From: Octopus vulgaris
Taxonomy: Eukaryota
DNA: 64,000 bases
Assembly (NCBI GenBank): GCA_951406725.2
Contig: OX597816.1
Location: forward strand, 132,866,001 to 132,930,000
Direction of reading: 5' to 3'
The position numbers were made by a program, and so were the translations under genes. The notes beneath the pieces were generated by a model. It saw only the letters and a list, made by a program, of their open reading frames with translations, searched no databases and was not told the origin of the DNA. Shown here piece by piece: positions 12,431 through 25,250 of this stretch (positions within the stretch are counted from its first letter, which is position 1; the number at the start of each line of letters is the position of its first letter).

Positions 12431-12646
12431 TACAAGATGGTATCAAAATGTTCCAAACTAGATAGGACGCAGTTGTGTGTACAGTGAGAGCTAACAGTGA
12501 CCTTTGTGAGGCAGTGTGTCAAGTGACATTGCTGTGTTTACTTCACAAGTTGTGAAATTTGTGTTTTTGTAATTGTGTGTAAGTTGTAGCCTGTAATTTT
12601 GTCATGGACAGAAAGCTGGAACAAAGAGCCAACGTGAAATTTTTGC
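12431..12646 (+). mobile_element. Mariner 5' end with transposase start
   Basis: TACAAGATGGTATCAAAATGTTCC TIR-like start after TA, then MDRKLEQRANVKFL (mariner EQRxxIKF motif). Confidence 0.7.
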
Positions 12647-13893
12647 AGGTTTACAGACTACATACAGGCTCTCTTATAACTAAATAATTTTCTAATCATT
12701 GTATCATCACTAGTGGCCAGCTGTTACAAAGGAGATTATTATTTCTTCATAATATTTGGTGGATTAGAATTTTGCATTTTAAGTTAAGAAATTATAAGGA
12801 AATAGATTTATAGAACTGACATTTAATTTTTTCCATTTACTTATTAAAAAGTTTTAAAAATTTCTAGTCAGTGGTATAGAGCTATTTCATTATTTTTAGA
12901 AGTCAGCAGCATTGGATTTGTTAACTGAACGTTTTATGAAATGAAGAGAAACTTTCTTTGAGTTTTCATTGACCATCTTGTAGATACTACATTTCGTCTT
13001 AATAGAGAAATCTGCTGTCTATAGTCGAATAATATCCTATCACAAATGAAATATAGCTCTCATCAATAGACAGCATGATAAAATAGGAGTCATTGTAAGA
13101 CCTTTATTTGGTTGTTTGACATATTAGAAATAGTAGTGAAATCTTCCTCTGATCATTCCTTATCTTCAAAAAGAAAATATATTAGATAATGCAGTCCTTG
13201 TTATATGACGGCTGGCATAAAAAAATGTGATGGTTATAGCTGGAATATATTTTTTCATGGATCTCTACCATGCCACTCTACCAAGGCTGAATGAGAACTA
13301 AAATGTAAGTCAATCTTAGGAATTGTCTTGTTTCATCATGTTTTGATGAATTTTCTTCAACATAATTAGTAGTTCTTTAATTATAGGTGGCTATAAAAAT
13401 CAATAAATTCTACTGCATCACACACAAGGTTTGATTTTCAACATTATATTGGAGCATATGCTTATGCTTCTGGTGTTTATCTTTTACTGCCTGTTACTAT
13501 GTATGCTTGTAATATTATTCACGTTTTGAAATCTGCATACTTACTTGTCTTGACATGCTGTCATATATAGCTTTTGATCTGTTCTTTTAATTTTGCTCAA
13601 AGATCATTTAGTATGACAAAAAGAAAAAAAGCAGCTAGATATTTATTCTTTTACTTGTTTTGGTCATTTGACTGCAGCTATGCTAGAGCATTGCCTTAAA
13701 GGGATTTTTAGTTGGAGAAATCACACCCAAGACTTATTCTTTGTAAGCCTAATACTTATTCTATTTGTCTCTTTTGTTGAACCACTAAATTATGGGGACA
13801 TAAACACACCAACATCAATTGTCAAGCGATGGCAGGGGAACAAACACACACACACACACATGCACACGCACACACATCCACACACACACGCAT

Positions 13894-13927
<34 letters not shown>

Positions 13928-14004
13928 TTCTGTATGTGTAAAGTAACATTGGTTTCATATCTAGCATGAACTAAACATATCTTCAGTTTCTCTATATACA
14001 TGTG

Positions 14005-14039
<35 letters not shown>

Positions 14040-14087
14040 CGACAGGCTTCTTTCAGTTTCCATCTATCAAATCCACTCACAAGGCTT

Positions 14088-14607
14088 TGGTCAACCCAAG
14101 GCTATAGCAGAGGATGCTTGCTTAAGGTGCCACATAGTAGAATTGGACTCAGAACAATGTGGTTGATAAGTAAGCTTCTTACCACACAGCTAACAATAGA
14201 TTTTTTTCTATCTCTTCAATTTATTTTTGCCTGTGCTATCTTTTGTATTAATATTGGTTTTGTTGCTTGTGGTTCTAATTGTTTCAATTGTTCTTATGAG
14301 TATTTAGTCTCAAGTTAATTCCTACTCAAACAGCATTATAATTAAAGATTTTCCAATCACAACTATTCTGTCTTGCTCTTAATCATTGCATACCTATGAC
14401 TACATTATTCAATGTGGTCACAGGTGTGACCATGTGGTTAAGTTTCCTTTTTAGTCACATAGTTTTCGGTTCAGTTCCACTGCATGGCACTCTAAGTGAG
14501 TGTCTTCTGTTACAGCCACAGACCACCCAAAGCCTTGTGAGCAGATTTAGTTGATGGGAACCGAAAGAATCCCAACATACATACATGTATGTATACATAT
14601 ATGTGTG

Positions 14608-14642
<35 letters not shown>

Positions 14643-15009
14643 ATGTGTGTGTGTGTGTGTGCATATATACATGTAATATGTATGTACACACACACACACA
14701 CATGCACACATATGCAAAGATTAAGAGCAAGACAGAATAGTTGTGATTGGAAAATCTTTAATTATAATGCTGTTTGAGTAGGAATTAACTTGAGACCTAT
14801 AAGAACAATTAAAACAATTAGAACCACAAGCAACAAAACCAATATTAATACAAAAGATAGCACAGGCAAAAAGAAATTGAAGAGATAAGAAAAAAATCTA
14901 TCGTTAGCTGTGTGGTAAGAAGCTTGCTTCTCAACCACATTGTTCTGAGTTCAATTCTACTATGTGGCACCTTAGGTAAGCATCCTCTGCTATAGCCTCG
15001 GGTTGACCA
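14088..15009. repeat. Local inverted duplication: arms 14088-14392 and 14711-15009
   Basis: ~300-bp arms are reverse-complementary with few substitutions and one ~8-nt indel. They contain a family B SINE head plus ~200 bp of non-SINE flank. Confidence 0.95.
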
Positions 15010-15305
15010 CATGTATGTATGTATATACGTATGTATGTATATATGTATTGCATCTGTGAGCTTGTGTGTGTGGTTGTGTTTCCTATGAATGCCATTCATT
15101 TCCAGTATAGGTGCAGGCAGGGCTGTGTAGAAAGAAGTTTGCCTCCCAACAACGTAGTTTCAAGTTCAGTCCAGCTGCATGGCACCTTGGAAAGTGTCAT
15201 CTATTATAGTCTTAGGCCAACCAAAGCCTTGTGAGTGGATTTGGTGGATGGAAACTGAAAGAAGCCTATCATATATATATATATATATATATATAGATAG
15301 ATAGT

Positions 15306-15373
<68 letters not shown>

Positions 15374-16650
15374 TAAATAGATATATAGATAGATTAATAA
15401 GTAGATAGATAGATAAGTAGACAGACATATAGATAGATCTTTATGTGCATGTTTTTGTATATATATTTGTTTCCCAGCACTGCTTAACAACTGATGTTGG
15501 TGTATTTACATCCCCAAAGCTTAGCAATTGAAGCAAAAGAGACCAATAGAATTAGTACCAAGGTTTACAAAAAAGGAATTAGTACTGGGGTTGATTTGTT
15601 CAACTTAAAATTATTTGAGGGTGACTCTCCAGCATGACCAGAGTCCAGTGACTGGAACAAGTGAAATATATTCTGCAAGAATATGCCAGGTCATGAGAAA
15701 ATACATCCTTCTTTTGAAACAGGTGAGAGTTGGCTACAGGAAGGGCCTCCAACGATAGACAATGTTTCAATAAAATCTGTTTGACCTAATGCAAAGCATG
15801 TAAAGTGGACATTAAAACACTGATGATGATGATGATGATGAGTCCTAGATTACACCATTGAATTACACCCCTGTAAAGTGTAAACTGTAAGTAGATGCAA
15901 ATGGCAAAAGTGATAATGATGAAACGACTAAATATGAAAAAAATGTAATGTGACATTTGAAAGATGAGTAGAGTCAAAAATGCAATAAACCAACACAGAG
16001 CAATGTATGTGCACGTATGTGTATGTGCATGCACACACATGCACACAAATGTTAAATAACTTTATTATTTTGATGCTAGTTAAAGAATAACAACTTAACA
16101 TTTACTGACATGGTAAGTTGAAACAGAGTAGCTTCAAATTTTTTATTATCAAATTCAAGTTGAATAGGAGTTCAAGTTTCACCTGTCACCTTACCCAATG
16201 CTGTAAGTATATGTATGCATGTGTGTGCATGTGTATCATCATCATTACCATCATCATCGTTTAACATTCGTTTTCCATTCTGGCATGGGTTGGATGGTTC
16301 AACAGGAGCTGTTCAACCAGGGAGCTATCCAGACTCCAACTGTCTGTTGTGGCATGGTTTCTATAGCTGGATGCCCTTCCTAATGCCAACCACTTTACAG
16401 AGTGCTGGATAACTTTTTCTACATACTTTGGTCTTGCCTTTTCTCGTTCCATTTTTAGTTTGTTATACTATGTAGGCTGTAATTGATGATTGTGCCAAGA
16501 TGTCAGATCTGTCAAAAAACATTGTTTGGCATGATCTCAGTACATGAAACTAATAGTAACACATACAAACATATATTGTGTTTATTAAATAACATTTATC
16601 TCTCACATGATGGAGTACTTTTTTTGTTGATCTTACCATCTGGGAACAGT

Positions 16651-16703
<53 letters not shown>

Positions 16704-16974
16704 TACAACGGGCTTCTGTCAGTTTCCGCCTACCAAATCCATTTACAAGGCTTTGGGCAGCCTGAAGCTATAGTAGAAGACACTTGCTCAAGGTGCCACA
16801 CTGGGACTGAACTCAGAACCATGTGGTTGGTAAGCAAGCTACTTACCACACAGCCACTCCTGCACTTGTGTATAATATTATATTGTAATATAGTAGAAAT
16901 GTTGTTATAAAGTACACTACTAGTATTTTCTTTTTTTTTTTGTTTTCATGCTTCACAAGACTATTGGTAGGATT

Positions 16975-18333
16975 GTGCCAGAATGAAAGTGCTACTGTAA
17001 ATCTTTTCTTTTCATGCCCTGTTGTTTTCACTAACACTGTTTTTGTGCCTTTGTATTTACAATTCTATTATCGACCATAAGGAGGTTTATAGGTATTTCG
17101 TCCATATTTCCAACATTGCTCAATAGATAATGATGTTTCTTACACTGTTGTATTATGTAGCGATGGAAATTAGTAATTTTAGTGTCAAGACCTGCTGGTA
17201 ATTTCTGTGATATTTTAGTTTTCTATCTCAGTACAAAATCATATCTTTTCATGAAGTGACTACATCACAAAGCAGTTGCTTTGAAGTCTTTACTGTGCTC
17301 TTAATAAGTCTTCCTTTAATCTCCAAACTCTTACCATCTTCTTGGTTACACCGTATCCTCTTGCAGCAGCACAGTTGTTTGGGATTTGGCAGGTGCTACC
17401 ACTTTCAGCTTAAAACCAGCTTCATATTTCTTTGATTTATCACTTGGAGCCATGAAGAGGTTTAACAAATGCTGGAAATTAATGTTCACCCAGTGAAAGT
17501 ATTGTTGCTTACAAAAGAGTTACAACTTGAGCCTTTTCAAGTATCCCTATCTGTAAATGTTTAAAAGTAATTGGTAGCTGTAAGGTTTATTGTGATTGGT
17601 CTGACTGACACAAACTGGCCAGTCACAGAATGTAATGGTACATGCTGCTTATCTGCCATAACAGGCAGGTTAGTTACCATAAACTACACTTGTCCTGAAA
17701 GCCATTGGCTGGCTGAATGCTGTATGAGAGAGCACTCTAATGAGACAGTGTAGACAGAATGGACCCTGAGACCTGCCTGAACGGGCTGATTGTTTACATT
17801 TTCTATTTCTTTACTACCCACAAGGGGCTAAACACAGAGGGGACAAATAAGGACAGACAAGCGGACTAAGTCGATTATATCGACTCCAGTGCGTAACCGG
17901 TACTTATTTAATCGACCCCAAAAGGATGAAAGGTAAAGTCAACCTCGGCGGAATTTGAACTCAGAATGTAACGGCAGACGAAATACTGCTAAGCATTTCG
18001 CCCGGCATGCTAACGTTCCTGCCAGCTCGCCACCTTCTGATTGTTTACATTTTCTGTTTGTCAGTTGTTGCAAATGGTGATTTGTGTCTGTCCGCTAAGT
18101 TTGCTGTGCTGTTATTTTAATATAATCTTACTATTAATCTAGCTTCCCAAACATATGTGTAAGTATCAGTAGAAAATAGTGTGCTGTAGACCCATAGGAT
18201 CTATGCGAGTGCTTTACACTGTTCTCTATTAACATTGGTGCTCCTCTAAACCACAGGAAGTTAAGATACAGATAGTTTTGGGGTGATTTTTTTTAAAGTT
18301 CAAATTCTGTCTGGTACATTGGTATATATGGTA
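16975..18333 (-). mobile_element. pogo-family (POGK/Tigger-like) DNA transposon, 5' half, interrupted by a SINE
   Basis: TIR-like TACCATATATACCAATGTACCAGAC at 18333. ATG at 17453 gives MAPSDKSKKYEAGFKLKVV; further on FMKRYDFVLR, SQKLP, VGNMDEIP and VKTTGHEKKRFTVAL. Confidence 0.85.
17805..18036 (-). mobile_element. Young full-length family A SINE with a perfect 19-bp TSD
   Basis: CTGATTGTTTACATTTTCT at both 17786-17804 and 18037-18055; the body is CpG-rich. Confidence 0.95.
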
Positions 18334-18429
18334 TATATTTATATATATGACAACCTTCCACACATATTAATTTTGAATCGTTGTCTGAGTAGTTACACTT
18401 AGGAGATTCTATACGTTTCTCTATGTATA

Positions 18430-20467
18430 CTAGCAGAAAGAACGCCCTCCAGGTGGTTTTCTGCTAGTCAAACCTGGAGTGTGTATGTGTTTATATTACA
18501 GAGACAGTGTGTGTGTTTATATAAGAGAAACAGTGTTTGTGTGTGTGTATGTGTGTGTGTGTGTGTGAGGGGGAGAGATCATTGCAAACAATGAAGGAAA
18601 TAAACATGAAATGAAAAAATCGCATAAATATAAGCTAGTTAAAAACTATTTGCATTCTTTTGGTTGAACTCTGAGAAATGCCAAAATGAACACTGGTTTT
18701 GTTCATTAATTTCCATAAAACTTTTTTATTTATTTAGTTTTGTTTTAAAGTGAAAGAGAGGAGAAAGGGTAAGATGTATGTACGTGTATGTGAAATGGAT
18801 ATATATGTGTTTGTGTGTATATGTGTGTTTGAGAGAAAGTGAGCGCTATTTAGACATTACTTTCTCTCTCTCTGTCTCACACACATACGTATATGCACAC
18901 ACATACATACAAAAAAGATGTATGCATATGTATTCATGTATGTACGGCCCAGTGCGTCCATGCTGCCAACAAAGCGCGCGGAATTCTGTTTTTGATTCGA
19001 CGGTCATTCGGAATGCTCACAGCAGCCATATTCCTAAAACTCTATGTCACGCTGGTGAGACCCATATTGGAGTATGGGATTCAAGCCTCTTCTCCTTATC
19101 TCCTCAAAGACATACAGCATCTCGAAAGAGTCCAGAGGCTGGCTACCCGCATGGTTCATGGTCTCAAAAATTTGTCCTACGAAGAAAGGCTGAGGACGCT
19201 CGACCTTTATTCTCTTGAAAAACGCCGCCGCCATGGTGATCTCATTCTCGCCCACAACATCATAAGCGGGAAGTGTAACCTCTCGAAAGAGCTGTTCTTC
19301 ACTCCTGCTCCGGAGCGTCGGCTGCGGGGTCATTCCGAAAAGCTCTACCTGCGACGATTTCATCTCAATCGAAGGAGAGGAGCTTTCTCCGTCCGGGTTG
19401 CAGATCTGTGGAACAAGCTGCCAGACGAGATGGTGAAGATGCCGACGACCGCTTTGTTCAAAGCCTCCCTGGACCTCAAGTGGCCTGAACTCTTTACATG
19501 AACACCACCCTGTACTTAACTCCATGTCCCCCTACATGGCCTTGCTATTTGCTTTTGAGCCAAATTAACTAACTAACTAACATGACAACACACCTCTTCA
19601 CTCTCTCTCTCACACACACACACATACATACACAAATACACACGAAGTGTGCGGGGTTCAAGTGAAAGAATGCCAAACTATCTTGTACTGAATATTTAAA
19701 TTTGTGAACTTGAAATATTCAATAATAAAAGGAAGTTCAGAAAGTAAGTTTTCCTGAAAACTTCATTGTATAAAAAATCTCACTTGCTTAGTAAATATAT
19801 CTTTCAGTAATTTATTGTAGTTGCAATATATCTGTAATTTAAACAAACTTCAAGGTAACCCAACAATGTTTAGCATGCTAGAAATAACAGCAGTCACATA
19901 AATATTACTATAAAGCTTGTAGTGTTCCAAACAGCCATACCAACAAAATCACTTGTTAATATTTAAAAAAATTATACTGGTATATTAAAAAATTTTCATT
20001 TTATCAAAAATAAACCTCAAAGTTATATAGCTATTCTGTCTAATAGCATTCATTCAATAAATAATTTTTCACATTACATATATAGAATAAACTGTGAGTT
20101 TTGCAAATAGCGAGTTAAAACTTGAAATGAAAACATTGAAATGAATATATACTAAGTAATCATGAATGAAAATAGAGGTGAGAGAGAGTGAGAGACTGTT
20201 GCAAATGAAAATGGAAAATTTTGCCTGAAACGAATTAATATTAAATTAATATTAAATCAACTCTGCAGTGAATGCGATGAATATCTAAATTTGTGAAAAA
20301 CTTGTAGTTCAAATATTCAATAAACTTCAAAAATCAAAATTACAGGAAATTTCTTGGAACATGAATTTATTAAAAAATTTCCAGATGGTCAAACCTTTAA
20401 TAATTACTGTCTTTTAGTAACTGTTACATAACTAATTAATAAGCAGCTTTCTCCATTATAATATAGA
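18430..20467 (-). mobile_element. Putative non-autonomous Helitron hosting the CR1 insertion
   Basis: On the minus strand: A|TCTATATTATAA 5' end at 20467 and GCTAG|T 3' end at 18430 preceded by a decayed GC-rich hairpin. An internal diverged direct repeat lies at ~19690 and ~20280. Pairing of the two ends is inferred. Confidence 0.5.
18946..19581 (+). mobile_element. CR1-clade LINE, 5'-truncated, with intact ORF2 C-terminus and (TAAC)n tail
   Basis: Uninterrupted frame AANKARGILFLIRRSF...LYVTLVRPILEYG...LERVQRLATRMV...LSYEERL...RLRGHS...FSVRVADLWNKLP ending at 19501; 3' UTR ends in TAACTAACTAACTAAC. Confidence 0.92.
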
Positions 20468-20539
20468 TAGCTATTATGAATTTATTATATTTATTCATGG
20501 TGTACATGAATGTTTTATATTTGGAATCAATGTCCTTAA

Positions 20540-20835
20540 TATGAGGTCATAGTTAGTTTTCTTAGATATTAAGGACTTTTCTCACAATCCTTGCAGTTCC
20601 TAACAGAGCAGATTTTTTAATCAATGCAACCCTTGTAGTTACACCAATCTCAATAAAGGAGCTGTTAAGTCTCTTGGTGACTGTACCTAGGGTGCCTATA
20701 ACAACTGGAATTACTTTTGTAGAAGCACTCCACAGTTGTATTTCCCAAGCCAAATCCTGATATTTTCCTATTTTTTCCTGTTCTTTGATCACTATATTCA
20801 TGTCCACAGATATAGCCAATCGATGATGGTGCACT
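20540..20835 (-). mobile_element. Dong/R4-type LINE 3' fragment (restriction-like endonuclease domain) abutting (AAT)n
   Basis: IVIKEQEKIGKYQDLAWEIQLW...VIPVVIGTLGTV...IKKSALLGTARIVRKVL*. Confidence 0.85.
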
Positions 20836-20875
20836 TTTATAATAATAATAATAATAATAATTATTATTATTATTA

Positions 20876-20937
<62 letters not shown>

Positions 20938-21599
20938 TATAATATATTTCCTGTACTGTAATGAAATATGCGTAACATAGAACTAAAAATGTTCTAGTCT
21001 GTGTTTTAGCACACACACACACACGCACACATAGTGTGTGTGTGTGTGTGGTATAGGGAGTTGGTCGCTTACATCAACCCAAAACACAGCAGAAATATAA
21101 CAACGCCTGGAAAATAATGCTTTCAAGACACTGTAATTTGTGTCAGAAACATTGAACTTGAAATAAGGCTATTTTTTAAATGCAAAATTGATTTTACATG
21201 GAAATAAACAAATATATTTTCTAAAAAATAACAAGAAGGAAAATTGATTCACAAAATCAACCAGAAATTTCTTAGCATTTTGCTGTTAGGGGATGTGAAA
21301 TAAACAACACATTTTTCAATTAATGAAGAACTGCATGGTTTCCAACAAAGATAGTCAATAATTTTTGAGAGAAATTAAAATGGATCACCAATCCTGATAA
21401 TTGCCTTCCACTCCTTTCTACTGACATAGAGAAGAGGAGCAGTTGTCATAACTCATTTTTGAACACTGACACTTAACTTGGTTGAGTAATTTTGTCTAGT
21501 AAGAGATCCACTCACAGCAGATTTCAGAGAATTTAGTGAATACTTAAAGAGGAACATGTTTCAAGAATTAGATATATCTATTATAGATTCAAACAGTGT

Positions 21600-21678
21600 T
21601 AAACCAGTTGAAAACACTGGGGTCATTGTAATCAACTTACCTCATCCCCTGCACTTGCTGGCCTTGTGCCAAAATTTT

Positions 21679-21715
<37 letters not shown>

Positions 21716-22385
21716 TATTGTTATTACTATTATTAAGGTGGCAAATTGTCAAAATTGTTAGCTCACTAGGCAAAATTCTTGGTGGTATTTTGTCTGTCCT
21801 TACATTCTAAGTTCAAATTCCGCTGAGGTTGATTTTGGCTTTCATCTTTTCAAGGTTGATAAATTAAATGCCAGTGAAACACTGGGGTCGATATAATCAA
21901 CTACTCCCCCTCCCCCAAAATTTCAGGCTTTGTGCCTTTAGTAGAAAGGATTATTATTATTATTAAGGTAGTGAACTGTTAGAATTGTTAGCTCACCAGG
22001 TAATATTGTGACATTTTGACCATCTTCACATTCTAAGTTCAAATACTGTTATGGTCACTTTTATTTTTCATCCTTCTGGGGCTGATTAAAAAAAGTATCA
22101 GTTGTGTACTGGGGTTTATGTAATCGACTGTGCCCCTCCCCTTGTGCCTATATTAGAAAAGATTATTATTATTATCATTAAGGTGGTAGAGCATTGGCAG
22201 AATTGTTAGAGAGACAAAATGCCTTTTGATTCTTTATGTTCTGAGTCCAAACCTCCACCAATACTGACTTTGCCTTTCATTCCTCCAGGGATGACAAAAT
22301 AGAATACCAGCCAAATACTGAGATTGCTAGTATTGACTGACCCCCACCTCTCCCCAAATTACTGTCTGTGTCAAAATTTGAAATA
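21600..22385 (+). mobile_element. Head-to-tail run of 3-4 decayed family A SINEs separated by (ATT)n/(ATC)n
   Basis: AAGGTGG/AAGGTAG heads at ~21734, ~21965 and ~22180, each following an ATT tract; a tail-only copy at ~21600-21680. Confidence 0.8.
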
Positions 22386-22409
22386 TTTATTATTATTATT
22401 ATTATTATT

Positions 22410-22849
22410 CAGTAGTTTTATTTTTATAACGTGCTTTCACTTCACTACCAAGTGCAGCTCTGTGTGCCTTGGGTATGTGCTGTGGTTAGGTTTGATGCTC
22501 TTATGGTTACTGTATTGAAAGTGTTTTGCATAGGATGTGTGCAGTGGCAAGTAGTGCAATTTTCTGTATATTATATGTAGTTGTAAGTCCTGGTGTTTTT
22601 GTTATGTATTTGTCTGAATATTTTTTTAATCATATCTAATGCACCTGCTATGATAGGAATTATTTCTGTTTTTAGATTACACATTCGAGTTACCTCTATT
22701 TCCAGGTCTTTGTATTTTGAAAGTTTCTCCATTTCTTTTAGAGAAATGTTGTCATCTGCTGGTATTGATACATCAATTAGAAAGCATTATTTTCTTCACA
22801 ATCTTTGACAACTATATCGGGCCTATTGGCCTTAATTTCTCTACCTGTG

Positions 22850-22850
<1 letters not shown>
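22410..22850 (-). mobile_element. Dong/R4-type LINE 3' end with 3' UTR, both ends in (TAA)n
   Basis: EIKANRPDIVVKD...LIDVSIPADDNISLKEMEKLSKYKDLEIE...IQKIALLATAHIL. The UTR ends AAAACTACTG-AATAATAAT. Confidence 0.9.
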
Positions 22851-22883
<33 letters not shown>

Positions 22884-22884
<1 letters not shown>

Positions 22885-23435
22885 GAGTGAGAGAGCAGTG
22901 CATGCCATCAAAGTGACACTGGGGTAAAATATACGAAGCCCAGTATACCCATCATGACTACCCGTCTGATAAGGGTACACCAGGTACATGCATCACAACC
23001 CAGTGTGCGCAACATGGTGGTCTCATATCAAGATAAACAGTGCATGACCTTGCAGGTGGGGCCCAGTTAGAATTTTCTTCTGGTCGAGTAGCCCATCCCA
23101 CTCAAAAGGTCCCTGAATAGGGATTGTTTAAGGATGTTGAACCACCCATGTTTCCAAAGGTGAATTATTCAAACCTCCGAGAACTCCTTTCAACACACAG
23201 CTATGATGCTCCCCCACTACTTCTGCTCGTGGTCAGAGATGCACATATCGTCAGCCACTAAGAGACACGGTCAACTGGTTAAGGTCAAACAACTGACAAG
23301 CAAATCTGTAGTATTTAGCAGAATATTTGCTGTAGCCCATCTTTTATACCAAGACAAAACAATGAACATGATAACACTTCCAATCAATTAAAATCAGAAG
23401 CCATGAGAGCCACTGCCTGGTACCATATCAGGGCA

Positions 23436-23436
<1 letters not shown>
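22884..23436 (-). mobile_element. ~550-bp non-coding element bounded by (TAA)n on both sides
   Basis: Complex, GC-richer block with sharp edges into ATT tracts. Minus strand ends CTCTCTCACTC-AATAATAAT. No credible ORF. Orientation is inferred. Confidence 0.65.
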
Positions 23437-23513
<77 letters not shown>

Positions 23514-23559
23514 ATTATAATTATCATTATTATTGTTGTTGTTGTTATCATCATCATCT

Positions 23560-23626
<67 letters not shown>
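23437..23626. repeat. Long imperfect (ATT)n microsatellite, followed by a family A SINE (23628-23838, +)
   Basis: Read directly from the sequence. Confidence 0.95.
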
Positions 23627-23627
<1 letters not shown>

Positions 23628-24299
23628 GTGAGCTGGCAGAATTGTTAGCACACTGGGTGAAATGCTTACTGGTATTTCATCTGTCTTCACATTCTGAGTT
23701 CAAATACCGCTAAAGTTGACTTTGTCATTCATCCTTTCGGGGTTGATAAAATAAGTACCAGTTGAGTACTGGGGTCGATGTAATCAACTAGTCCCCTCCT
23801 CCAAAATTTCAGGTTTTGAACCTTTAGTAGAAAGGATTATTATTATCATTATCATTGTTATAATTTTCGTTATTATTATTGGCTGTCAAAGTATACACAT
23901 ATATATTTGTATCATTCTATAGTTTGTCCATATTTAACAGCATTAACAAATGAAAGTTTCTTTGAAGTGTTTGCTTAAAAGAATTTCAATTCCTAAGGAA
24001 AGCCCACTCTTAATGCCCAAAGATAAACAACAAAAAGTTTGTTTTTCCATACTTTTACTTTAATTATTTGCACACCGTAAATACATCTAAAATGGCTACT
24101 TAACACCAACAGAATGCTACTGTAACAAATGAAGAGAAAATAAGACAACACAAAAGCAAAACACATAACAGAATGAACGAAAGAGGAAAAATGAACATTT
24201 GAATGAACAATTAACAAATAAAATACCCAAAACAATCAGACAAGTAACTTCAATAGTGACAGTTACAACAGCAATGACAGTGACAAGGCTTCCAAAGTA

Positions 24300-25250
24300 A
24301 TTGTGTTAAAGCAATTCTTGTCTCAATTCTAGCGCAAACAGAACAAAGAGAATTTTCAAACTTAACACGATTTTAAGAACAAAAAACAAAAAGAGAGAAG
24401 ACACACAGTTAGGAGAATTTTATAAATCAAGCAATATTTCTTTGCTAAAGGATATAATCCAAGACAGAGTGAAGTGAAAAAATATATACCTGTATTTTAT
24501 TAAAGAAAGAACTGGACTAAAGCTTTTTCCTCAAGACAGAAATACATAAAATAGGCACTTCAAGATAGCTCAGAAAAAAATTTCTCTCCAAAAGAGGAGA
24601 AAGTTATGGCACCATCTCTGCACTTTCAAAACTGAAGACTCAGCCAAAACACAGGCTGAAATTCTTGGGTATACCTTCACCTATACATTTGTGTCCCAGT
24701 ACATGGGGCAAAGCAATATAAGAGTGACACTAAAAGGTAGTGGAAATGGTGGTTGGTTGTGACTTTTGTATTTCAATATGGACAACTGGTTAAAGTAGAG
24801 CTAATGAGAGGCAGAATATGGCTAGGGGTGGGTGTGAATAAAATGGATTTGCAAATTCTTGTGCTTGAAAGCCACAAAGCCATACTGGAATCGTGGCCAG
24901 TTGAGGGTACCAAGACATACAGTGTAAGATTGACAATAAAAAACAAATGGCTTAGTTGCTACATTTGTTATAGTTAGAACCACCTCAGAGCTTCTCCCTC
25001 AGAAGAACCAAAAAGATTAGGTGAAGAAATGAGAAATAAAATTAACTGAGACTGTCTGAGACAGTAAAAAGTGCAACAAACAAAAAATTTCCAAAAAATG
25101 AAATATTAGCATGAAACAACAAAAAACAGGCAAGAAGGAACAATTTCTTCAAAATAACAAGGATATTTCTCCACAGAAAAATAATGAAGAAAATGAAGAG
25201 GAGGACCAAGAATTAAGATCTATCATCCTTAAAATGTCAGACAACTAATT
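24300..25250 (+). mobile_element. Decayed L1/Tx1-like ORF1 (gag-like) remnant
   Basis: A-rich strand with broken frames including FQYGQLVKVE and a zinc-knuckle remnant CYICYS*NHLRAS (CX2CX4H). Confidence 0.45.

Noticed and set aside
19034-19525. 163-aa antisense ORF over the CR1
   Set aside because: A shadow frame of a GC-rich coding sequence with no independent features.
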